Origin: Welwitschia mirabilis
Lineage: Eukaryota
NCBI GenBank assembly: GCA_051453625.1
Contig: JBOZIK010000001.1
Span: forward strand, 28,170,472 to 28,213,015
Reading direction: 5' to 3'
DNA length: 42,544 nucleotides
Shown piece after piece: positions 10,501 through 21,804 of this stretch. The notes beneath the pieces were generated by a model that saw only the letters and a program-made list of their open reading frames with translations, was not told the origin of the DNA and searched no databases. The translations under genes were made by a program, and so were the position numbers. Each line of letters opens with the position of its first letter. Within the stretch, counting starts at the first letter, position 1.

Positions 10501-11114
10501 ATTTTTTTTAATTGGGAAAATCAGAGTCATAAATAATAAATTCAAAAAAAATATTTTTGCTCAACTCTTGAAATATTTTGCATACTTAGGATGTGTGTAC
10601 CTAGGTTAAGTTTTTAATCAACCAAGCCTTCTCATTTTTTTTAATTAATAGTCATTGTCTCTAATATTTCATCTTTTACTAGAATTTATCATAACTCAAC
10701 ATGGTTAGTTCTATTTTAAGTTCATAATCTTTATGATCATTTAAATGATTTACCTTGATGATAGCACATAAAAAAAATCTAAAAACAAGAAATGTAGAAA
10801 AACAGAATCATAAAATAACATAGAATAAAAATAGCTAATCATCTATTAAGTCATTGGACGATAGAGGGAATAATAAGAAAATCTTAGTTCTTAAGAAAAA
10901 TAAAAAACCTAAGTCTCATAAGCTATCAATATTGTGTGTCATATAGATGACTAGGAGAATGACAAGAAATTTATTTTAAAAGGCAAAACAAAAACCACAA
11001 AAAGAAAAATCTACATTTTCTATTATAAGAATCTAATACTATTGTATAAAATACTTGAACTAAAATCCAAAGAACTTACATTAGAAATGATAATCCTTAA
11101 ACTCTAAGTATTCT

Positions 11115-11132
11115 TCCTTGATAATGATGCCA
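11115..11132 (-). promoter_or_regulatory. Primer-binding site (tRNA-Asp type) of element A
   Basis: Minus strand TGGCATCATTATCAAGGA versus Athila consensus TGGCGCCGTTGCCGGGGA; all 7 differences are C>T or G>A. It lies 3 nt from the LTR end. Confidence 0.8.
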
Positions 11133-11135
11133 AGA

Positions 11136-12384
11136 TGTTATGATGTGGTTTAGTGCAAATGTTATGTCCTCAAATAAATACTGTAAATCATAAATATATA
11201 TAGATTTACATAACATAATATACTAATATAAATGGTAGTAACCCAAACGTCATATTCGTATTGACAGTGTAGGTGATAAGAAAGGGAATTAATTTCATAA
11301 ACAAAATACTATATCCTCAAAGTATAATAAAATAAAAGTGCAAATTAACATACTATGCAAATGAAATGCAAGATTAAACTAAATGCAACTTTCATTCGAT
11401 TAGTAAATCAACCTATCATAGAGATTGACCTTGTATAACCTAGATCAATCAAAAAAAGCCATCACTAGATCAAAGCAAATCTAAGATATCAGATACATTG
11501 AATAGAATATGAAAATAATGCAAAGTTAATATAGAAAATGAAATTAAATATACCTAAACTAATAATATTAACCTTAACAATGGTTACCCTCATGATCTAT
11601 ATCACTAAAATGCTGTCACAAAATTAGAGGCAATATAAATCATAAGGAAGATGCATAAAATAAAATATATGAAAAGAAAAATAGAGTTCTAATTAAAATA
11701 AAATCAACATCCACGTTATAAAGTAGCAACTCCTCAATGAAGGATGCTTAGCCGAACATCAAATAAGACATCTCTCTGTAATAATAATGGATGAACCTCC
11801 AATGTTCGATCTCTTTCCACGTGAATTTTTAATGAAAATAAAAATAAAAGCAAAGTCAAATGTAGAGGAGGTATTTATTACAAAATAGCTTTTAAAATCA
11901 AAAAATATTAATAGACACATGAATAACCTAATAACCACACAAGGAATTGTGAGATAAATGGCTAAAGTTTGGTGAAGTTTGATAAAGAATTTATCTCAGA
12001 TTTCATCCTACTAGTTGTTTGGACATCATAAGATATGGTGCCACCTCATAAGAGTTTCACATTAGTTGTCAAATTGATCTAGTTAGCATCCTCCTTAGCT
12101 TAAGTTTTATTGGCATCCATACATTCATCTAGATAATGAGGTAAACAATAGGGTTTTATAAAGTATTCCATGTATCACATTAGTCTTTTTGACTGTAGGA
12201 GTATTGTTTCATATAGAAAATATTATAAATTACCTTAAATGATATCAAATGTAATAAATATTACATGTTTCATGATATTTGGCTTATCTCTCCATTATCA
12301 TAAAAACTTAGCATAAACCTATATGATGTTCTACAAAACTACTCAATATATTCTATCAAGTATATACAATTTGGTAGTGCAACA
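11136..12384 (-). repeat. 5' LTR of element A
   Basis: TGTTATG...GTGCAACA termini; homologous along its length to 15656-16924 and 28433-29601. Confidence 0.85.
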
Positions 12385-13122
12385 CCCTTAATGACCTATA
12401 TTACAAATTAAGATATCATGAAATCATAAGCAACATAAACAATAAAGGCATGCACATGAATATGAATAAAACTAAACGAAGATTTCCATTAAACTAAAAC
12501 CAACATCTTGTTATAAAGTAATAGCACGTTAATGAAGACACAGAAGATCCCTCTCTACAATAATGAAATGGATCTCTACTCCTTTGATCTTCTCTCATGA
12601 GAATTTTGGATGTAACAATGATGATCAGAGTTAAGGGTGACTTTGGTATTTATCGACAATAACATAAAAAAAAAAAAAAGACAATTCTAATACACATATG
12701 ACAAACCTTAATGGCATATAGAAAGTGCATGACATATTGCACAAGTTTGATAAAGTTTGGTACACTTACTAAATTTAGATTATCATTCTTGTTATCATCC
12801 AGAAAATGGTGGGAATGATTCCACTCAAGAGAGTTCTATATTTAGCCTTTATGTTGATCTAATTAGCATCCTAGTCATCATGCAAATGGTATTGTCCTAT
12901 TGATCATCTAGTTGATCAAGGAGATGATAAACATATTTCAATCTCTTAATCAAGTAAATTTATCTTTATAAATGTTAATTCCACCTCAAAATATGAAGTA
13001 TTAGAATTAATTAAAAATTCCCTTAAAAGTACTAGTATTTGTTCATTTCTGTGATTTTCTTCTTGATTCTTAATAATCATCATTTTGTGCTTAAACCTAT
13101 TTGAATTTCCTACTAAAATTAC
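12385..13122 (-). repeat. Truncated related Athila-type LTR (apparent target of element A)
   Basis: Starts mid-LTR directly after A's terminal CA. Resembles 11587-12340 and runs into the gap at 13123. Confidence 0.7.
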
Positions 13123-13222
13123 NNNNNNNNNNNNNNNNNNNNNNNNNNNNNNNNNNNNNNNNNNNNNNNNNNNNNNNNNNNNNNNNNNNNNNNNNNNNNN
13201 NNNNNNNNNNNNNNNNNNNNNN

Positions 13223-13698
13223 TATCATTTTTGGTTTTATGTAAGAGTATATGTACTTGTTTAAATACTCATTTATTTCAAAATACATAAAATTTATTAA
13301 TCACATAAAATAAAGAAGAAAATATTTATTCATAATATAGTATACCTATCACATTTTCCAAGCATTTAAATAAGTAAATAATATGCAAAATATATTATTA
13401 TATCCCCTTGAAATTTTTAATTTATAGTTTTATCATGTTATTTTAATTCCTCACATAATGGAATTATCTAATTTTAAATGTTTGGATAGCTTTTTTTATA
13501 AAAAACTTTCTAACATAATTTTTTATCAATTTCATAATAAAGTATAAAAATAAAAATCTAAGTTTAATTTAAAATGCCATCTTATTTTGATAAGGCATTC
13601 AAATAAGGATAATTAATTATTTGACTAAAAGCTTAACATACTTAATATTCAAGTAAATAATGTTTATAAAATATGAGATATGACATCCTCCCCTACTT
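13223..13698 (-). repeat. PPT and part of the 3' LTR of Tekay element C
   Basis: Minus strand AATTCCTAGGAATGAATCAACCTAAGTAGGGGAGGA-TGTCA resembles the Tekay/Del 3' motif plus PPT (13686-13698). LTR starts at 13685 and runs into the gap. Confidence 0.7.
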
Positions 13699-13756
13699 AG
13701 GTTGATTCATTCCTAGGAATTAAGATATATAAAGAGCTTAAGAACCCGAAACTACA

Positions 13757-15655
13757 TACTAGGAGATTCAAAAAGGTTTGAGTGTTAATTTTTCATTATT
13801 TATTCTAGCTCCCATTTAGCTTTATTAAGACTATGATTAATCCACTTTATCCTCACTTGATGGATCTTTCTGCTTTGTAAATTGATAGTTCTTTGGCTCA
13901 ACACTACTTCCAAATTTTCTATAGTTGAATAATATGATTCCATCTAATTATGAAACCAATTTAACACATGAGAAAGATTTGCAATATGCTTTTTTAACAT
14001 ACTTACATGGAATACATCATGCATGTGCTATAATCTAGAAGGTAGAGCAAGATTATATGTAACAAGCCCAATACTTTCTAATATTCCAAATGGTCTAATG
14101 AATTGTGAGCTAATTTTAATCTCTTAACTCCTCTCATTACTAATTTCATTAGTGACAATTTAAGAAATATATGATCGTCTATTTTAACTTAAAATAACTT
14201 TTTAATGATACATATACCTTTTTTTTAATCTATTACATTTTTAGGTCTATTTCCAATTATCCTTATTTTATTTTCTATTTTTTATAAGATTTCTAGTCCT
14301 ATAACCAATCTTTCTTTAGATTCTATCCGTGAAGTAGATGCTCTACATTTTATACCATTTAGGAATTCAAATAGAGAGATTTGAATTAAACTCTAAAAAT
14401 TATTAATATATTTATACTATACCAATGATAACTGCTCTTCTTGACTCTACGGATGATTTAAAATATATGCTTTAAAAAGATCTTTCACAATTTAATTAAC
14501 TCTTTTTGCATTTGTTTGATAATGAAATGTAATGCTCATATTTAACTTGGTTCCTAAATCCATTTATTCTTATCAAAATTTAGAACTAAATGTTGATTCT
14601 TTATTAGAGATAATTACTAAAGCTACTTCATGTAACTAAACAATATTTTAAATATATACTTTAGCTATATTATTAGCATCATAAATAGATTTAACTTGAA
14701 TGAAATATGCTAACTTAGTTATTCTATCAATTATTACCATGATAGAGTCATTATCTCTTTAATTTTTTAAAAGTCATAAAATAAATGCTATGCCAACCAC
14801 ATCCCATTTATATTCTAGAATATCAAAAGAATAAAGTACTTTTTCTACATTTTTATGTTTTGGTCTAAATTATTAATAATTAAAACATATTAATATAAAT
14901 TTTTCTTTATCATTTTTCATCCTTGATCACCAAAAGTTTTGTTTTATGCTTTGATACATTTTAGTATCTTTAGAATGACCTACTATAGATGAATTATGAA
15001 ATTCAAATAGTAGCTTATGTTTAATTCCGTCTACATTAGTAAATAAAAATATTTTTTTAATCTAATTATACCATCTGAATCAATTCTAGATTTCTTTACA
15101 TCTATTGATTTTTCTAATTATTCCTTTACCATCTAATTATACCATCTAAATCAATTCTAGATTTCTCTATAGCTATTGAATCAATTTTTTATAATTCTCA
15201 TCCTCTTTTAATACCTCTAAAATAATGGTAAGAATTTAATTTTAAATTTTCATGATTATTTTAAGATAACCTCATCTACTAAGAACATATCCAACATTAT
15301 TTCCTTTACCTTCATGGTATAAAATATTTAAATTAAAATCATATAGAAATTTCATCCATCTTATTTATTTAAGGTTTAAATTTAATTAAGTAAAAATGTA
15401 TTTTAAACACTTATGATCTATTTAAACTTAAGACTTTACATTTTAGAGATAATTATTTTACAATTTTAAAGAAAAAATTATTATAGCTGATTCAAGATCA
15501 TGAATAAGATAATTTCTCTCATAAGTTTTAAATTATCTTCATCCATAAGATATTACTCTTTTATCTTATTTAAAAAATATTTTAAATCCTTCTCCGAATG
15601 CATTAGTATAAACTTAAAAGCTCTTTGAATTATTTGACATTGTTAAGACTACAGA
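13757..15655 (-). pseudogene. Tekay/Del chromovirus pol, 3' part (RNase H, integrase, chromodomain), decayed
   Basis: VLTMSNNSKSF*VYTNAFGEG (RNase H start), KISSQFIRPFGILESIGLVTYNLALP..HDVFHVSMLKK (GPF region), VRIKWINHSLNKAKWELE..NLF (chromodomain). Confidence 0.9.
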
Positions 15656-16924
15656 TGTTGTGGTACATATTTATGTAAATATTACATCCTTAAAAAATTA
15701 CTAAAAATCACCAATATACATATACATATATTACATAATATAACAAACTAATAAAGATGGAGGTGACCAAAATGTCATAATTTTATTGAAGGCATAGGTA
15801 AGAATAAAGATAATTGATTTGAAAATGAAATACTTATGTAATTTCTAAGTAGAATAATAATAATGCAAAGTAACAATGAAAATAATACACTATACAAATG
15901 AGATGCAAGTTTTATTCTAGATGCAATATCTATTTAATTACCAAATCAACCTATTATAGAGATCGGTCCTATATAATTTAGATCAATCAAGGAAAGTCAT
16001 TACTAGACTGAAACTAACCTAATCTATCAGGTGAATCAAATAAAATATAAAAATAATGCAAACTTAATCTAGAAGATGAAATGCATTATACTTAAACTAA
16101 ACATGTTAACCTTAATAAAGGTTACTCTTATGATCTATATCATAGATGAAGCTATCACAAAATCATAAGAAACATAAAGCATAATGGAAATGCACATAAC
16201 AAATGATATGAAAAGAAAAATAGAGTTCTGATTAAGTTAAATCAACATTTGTATTACAAAGTAGTAGCACCTCAATAAAGGATACGCAACCCAATACCAA
16301 GAAGTTGTCTCTTTGCAATAACAAAGGATGAATATCCTACCTTGTAGTATCCTATCATGAAAATATCTAATGTCAAATAATATAAAGTCAAATTCAAGGA
16401 TAAAAAAGATATTTATTACAAACATAGACTTTAAATACAATAAAGGCTAATAGACAAGATAAAATCCTAGTAGCTATGCAAGAAGAAAGAAGACACATGG
16501 TAGAAGTTTGATGAAGTTTGATAAAGTGTTATTTTTAGGTTTCATCCTCTTGGTTATCTAGACATCATAAGAGATGATGCCATATCATATACTATCCAAA
16601 TCAAGTACTTGATTAGATCAATAATTGTCCTAGTTAGCAGGCGTTCTTCTATTATCCATATAATTGTTTGAACGATAAAGTGGAGAATAGGCTTTATAAA
16701 GGTATTTCTTATATCAGATTAGCTTTTTTAATTATAAAGTTACTACTTCAGATAAGAATTACTTTATTTTGTCTAAATTACTATCAAATGTAATGAAGAC
16801 TGCATGTTTTTGTGATATTTGCCTTAGTTCTTCATTATCATTGAAACTCAGCATAAACCTATCTAATGCCTTGTAAAACTACTTAAAATACTATGTTAAA
16901 TACATATAATTTTGTAGTTCAATA
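15656..16924 (-). repeat. 3' LTR of element B
   Basis: TGTTGTGGTACATATTTATG...TTTGTAGTTCAATA; on the minus strand it is preceded by purine-rich AAGGCTAAGTGGAGGAGTA. Confidence 0.88.
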
Positions 16925-17579
16925 TACTCCTCCACTTAGCCTTATCAGTTCCTCACTAAATCATGTGAGTAATATGATTATAAACCAAATTGGCTAACGA
17001 AGAAATCAACTAGGGAATCATGAAATAAACTCAAAAATAATCTCAAAAATCTTATAATGTAGAATAGAAATGTCAAAAATATATAATTAGACTTTTCATA
17101 TGTGTAGTATAGGTAGTCATACTATCATTTTTATGGTCATACACACAATGGAGGGGATGACATTCTCAAAAATTATTCTTGAAAAATAGAAGCATAAAAA
17201 AAAAAAATTCTTAGAAAGATAAACATTAAAATGTAGCAGTGTTGATAGTCCCTTATTTAAATGTATAATAGATACTAAAAATTATTCATGTATATCATAA
17301 GAAAAAATCTCATCATGAAATTTAAAAAATGATATATAAAATATGTATATAATATTTCAATAATAAAAATGTACATCATGATCATACTTAGAAAACAATA
17401 TGTCTATGTAAGAAAATCATGAGTTTTCATATAATCCATGAAGGGAAGATACATAATATAATAAATCACTTTCCTTATTATGTAAAATGAATTCCCGATG
17501 CATAGTAAACTAAAGTATAGGTGGAAAAAAAGGAGGGTACTCAATATCTAGAAGAACACAATGATCAAATGATGTCATA

Positions 17580-18640
17580 ATGAAGCATGTCGTCTCATTC
17601 CCTTATACTCTAAGTACCTCTAATAGGTCAACTGTCACACCATGCTCAATACATAATATGTGCTGTCACACATCAGTCAGCAGCTCCTTAATGTGATAAA
17701 CTATCCTCTCAATTGTAGACATACTCTGCTTAAGCATGATAATACCTTATTCTATCATCTCTTTAATGCTCTGTGTAGTGTCTACTAAGAGATCCTGAAT
17801 CTGCTTAATAGTGATACCAATTATAGGCTTTTGTACCTGAGGTCTCTCTTCCTCTCTTAATATCTAAATGCCCATGTCTTGTATGTAATGAACTAATGTG
17901 TAAAGATGCATGAATATCTACTTGTCCATGGGCTTAAGTATACCAAAGCCTCTAAACATAGCTGAGAGGAGGTAAGGATATCCTAGAGTCCATAATTATT
18001 ATGTATTAATCATACTCCTAGGTATTCTTTAAATAAAGTCTAATAGATCCATATGTGTCCTTCACTTGAATACTAATAGTATTTAAAAATGAGAAACTAT
18101 AGTGTAACTATCATGAAAGTAAGGGTTGATATTATGAATCAATTCTCTTGAAGAATCTAATAGGTAGATGATAATTATGTCACTAAATCTACCTACCTAT
18201 CACTAGTCAAGTTATCTGTTATGTCTAATGTTATGTCCTAAGCATATGCTTCTCTATACTACCCATTGAATGGATATATATACTCCGGATGCAACTTAGA
18301 TTAGTAATAGTAATGATGTGGCTTGGANNNNNNNNNNTGATCATATCAACTAGATGGTAATGAGCATTGAAATGCCTATTTATATGCATAGTATCTTAAA
18401 ACTCTCTAGTTTCTAAGGTGTAATATGTATCATGTGCATTTATAAGTCATTTGAGCTATAGATCTATTAGTTTATGGTCAATATCTAGCTCTAAACAACT
18501 CATGAAATTACTAAAATGTCTCTTTACTTGAATAGAAGCTATCCGAATAAAAAGAGATCAAGCCTATGAGGTGGTACTAATGGGTTTATTTCCTACTCTA
18601 CTACCTTGGCCTCATCCTTAATCTATCTTTCTCATTGAGT
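17580..18640 (-). pseudogene. Decayed Athila accessory ('env-like'/plant transposon protein) ORF
   Basis: YTLETREF*DTM...LIHNINPYFHDSYTIVSHF*ILLVFK*RTHMDLLDFI...LGYPYLLSAMFRGFGI resembles the recalled pattern YxxLVREFYAN..NLxPxxHxS..IDVGxxI..LPFPSLITxLCxxxGV. It lies between pol and the 3' LTR. Confidence 0.6.
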
Positions 18641-20511
18641 ACATGACCTAATAAATCGTAAATGAAAAATGCATGACATAAGATCAAGTGGAAATAGTTA
18701 AAATGTATCTTGTAAAAGCTTTAAATGACCCAAAGATTACTTTTTATGTGTAAAAATCATAAAAATATGTTCTGTTCCCTCATCTTCTAAGAGAATCAAT
18801 ATGTTTGACATTGCCTAGTTATGTATAGAAAAAGTTAAAACATTAAAAACAGATAGGCCTCACATAAGGTTAAAAATGAAAAAGCTCAAATTAAAAATCT
18901 AATCTAGTAGAATCATAGAGTTCATTGTAATAATCAGTTTATTATAAAGATGCACTACATTTTTATTTACATCTTTCAAGAAAATAAGGTTTAAAGTTAA
19001 AAAACTAATTATACCTTGTAAAATGCATAATTCAAGATAGCTCACAATATATGTAATGAAAATTAGATCTATAAGTTCCAATTCAAAGAGCATAAAAAAC
19101 TAAATGACATACATGAAAACTACATAACAAAAGTCTCAAAAATGGGAGAAAAAATAAAAAATAATAAGGGAGAGAAAAACATGCCTCATTTTGATAAATT
19201 CATTTCAAACTCATAATTTAAGATGCTAATCTCACAAGGGTAAGTTTCATAACATCGATAACCACTAATGTGATGATTTTCTCTTAAATAAATAATAAAA
19301 ACAACTTATAAATAAAGAAAAATAAAGAAAAAGAATCATGAACTTAGATTTATTGCACTATTATTTTGTCATATCATCGGCATGACAGCCCTAGGGAAAC
19401 TCTCAAAAAAATCTCAACTATTGTTTATCATGTTCTCTGGATGACTTGGTAAATGATAGCACTTTGAAGAGATTCATAAAAATAAAAATATTAGTTGAAC
19501 AAGTTAGACTTAGATGTTAGTGTGAACGTATTAGACTTTATTAGAAAACTTAGAAAATAGGGAATGATAAAGAATCATGATAAATGAAGATAGAAAATGA
19601 GAAAATCTTAAAAGAATCAAAAGATAGGATGATGAAAATGCACTAAGTAGGATAAATCCTAATATAGAAAACTAAACAAACATGTGTAAATAGAAAAATG
19701 ATCATAAAAATATGTAGACATCTAAAAAGAGTCAAAGGAATCTCATAAAAAATCATAAAGAAAATCATTTTAAGTATAAGAGATAATCATGACAAAACAA
19801 ATTGCTAAAAGAAAATTAACTCTGATTAATAAAATAAATTAAGTGAAAATAAAAATAATAACAAGAAACCTACTAAATGATAAGGCCCTAAAAATAATGA
19901 TGAAAATGTAAAAAATAACTTTAAAATGATAAATTAATTAATTAAAAAATACAATAAAAATAAATACTAGGACCATGAAGAAGATAGTGTATCTACCCTT
20001 AATTCTTACCTAGCAAACCCTCTCAGAAGACATCAAAAAGATATCTATGTAAAGATGCATAACAAAATGTATCAACTCCATAAAGTTTCACTCAAAAAGG
20101 TATTGATTATAATGACACTAAAGATCAAGTGCTCAAAACAATGAATGATAAGATTAAATACTACTAAGAAATTGACTCACCTACTTACAACATAAAACAC
20201 ACTCAAATCCTAAAAACTAAAATGATCATATAGACATACTAAGATTGTAGAAAATGAGTAATACCTCTGATAATACAAGGAACATCAGTGATTCCATAGC
20301 CTCAAAGTTTTATTTCTACTTTTTATGATTAAGGAAGTGAAACCATAGACAGAGAAGTAAATACTAGTGAATCATGATCAACAAATCCATTAGTGAAGTT
20401 TCCATAGCTACCCATACTACCAAAGGTTCCTTTTAAAACAATTTACCATAGTATGGTAGGACATCATCATATATCATGTATTTTAGCAGAGATACCATAG
20501 ATCATGGTCAT

Positions 20512-20514
<3 letters not shown>

Positions 20515-20572
<58 letters not shown>

Positions 20573-21403
20573 NNNNNNNNNNNNNNNNNNNNNNNNNNNN
20601 NNNNNNNNNNNNNNNNNNNNNNNNNNNNNNNNNNNNNNNNNNNNNNNNNNNNNNNNNNNNNNNNNNNNNNNNNNNNNNNNNNNNNNNNNNNNNNNNNNNN
20701 NNNNNNNNNNNNNNNNNNNNNNNNNNNNNNNNNNNNNNNNNNNNNNNNNNNNNNNNNNNNNNNNNNNNNNNNNNNNNNNNNNNNNNNNNNNNNNNNNNNN
20801 NNNNNNNNNNNNNNNNNNNNNNNNNNNNNNNNNNNNNNNNNNNNNNNNNNNNNNNNNNNNNNNNNNNNNNNNNNNNNNNNNNNNNNNNNNNNNNNNNNNN
20901 NNNNNNNNNNNNNNNNNNNNNNNNNNNNNNNNNNNNNNNNNNNNNNNNNNNNNNNNNNNNNNNNNNNNNNNNNNNNNNNNNNNNNNNNNNNNNNNNNNNN
21001 NNNNNNNNNNNNNNNNNNNNNNNNNNNNNNNNNNNNNNNNNNNNNNNNNNNNNNNNNNNNNNNNNNNNNNNNNNNNNNNNNNNNNNNNNNNNNNNNNNNN
21101 NNNNNNNNNNNNNNNNNNNNNNNNNNNNNNNNNNNNNNNNNNNNNNNNNNNNNNNNNNNNNNNNNNNNNNNNNNNNNNNNNNNNNNNNNNNNNNNNNNNN
21201 NNNNNNNNNNNNNNNNNNNNNNNNNNNNNNNNNNNNNNNNNNNNNNNNNNNNNNNNNNNNNNNNNNNNNNNNNNNNNNNNNNNNNNNNNNNNNNNNNNNN
21301 NNNNNNNNNNNNNNNNNNNNNNNNNNNNNNNNNNNNNNNNNNNNNNNNNNNNNNNNNNNNNNNNNNNNNNNNNNNNNNNNNNNNNNNNNNNNNNNNNNNN
21401 NNN

Positions 21404-21465
<62 letters not shown>

Positions 21466-21471
21466 TCTCTC
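20515..21471. repeat. (CT)n/(AG)n microsatellite spanning an assembly gap
   Basis: Pure CT runs at 20515-20572 and 21404-21460 on either side of Ns. Confidence 0.95.
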
Positions 21472-21804
21472 CCCCCTTCTTTTTTTCACATAAATAAGTC
21501 CCACATAATTACATACTTAAAAAGACAAAGATGAAAAAGTGATATGAAAGACAAAAAAAACATACTTAAATAACTAAAGATCTTAAACTATTGAAAAAAG
21601 CATAAGAATCAATGCATCTTCTTTCAAAGTAGATTTTATATACATGTAAATGTCTTATAGTTAAATGAATCTAATCTTGTCATTGTAAAAATGCCCATGT
21701 ACAAATACTAATCATGGAAACTTCCTAAAGCAAATACATTAGTCAAGTTAAAGATGATTAACTGATATCATAACATTTATCAAAGGAATAGATTATGAAA
21801 GAAT

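Larger units (their letters stand above)
7547..12384 (-). mobile_element. Athila-type Ty3/gypsy element A: 5' LTR, PBS, gag and protease; cut by the CACTA insertion
   Basis: Colinear with element B 25355-29601. ORF 7618-7845 (PLLLGGAFCAIAQCIID) is the protease C-terminal part. ORF 9398-9661 has a gag C-x2-C-x4-H-x4-C motif (CNLCEDNYHVIKDC). Confidence 0.9.

Noticed and set aside
15651-15655. TSD for element B (ACAGA vs AGAAA at 29602-29606)
   Set aside because: Only 3 of 5 bases match, so not called.
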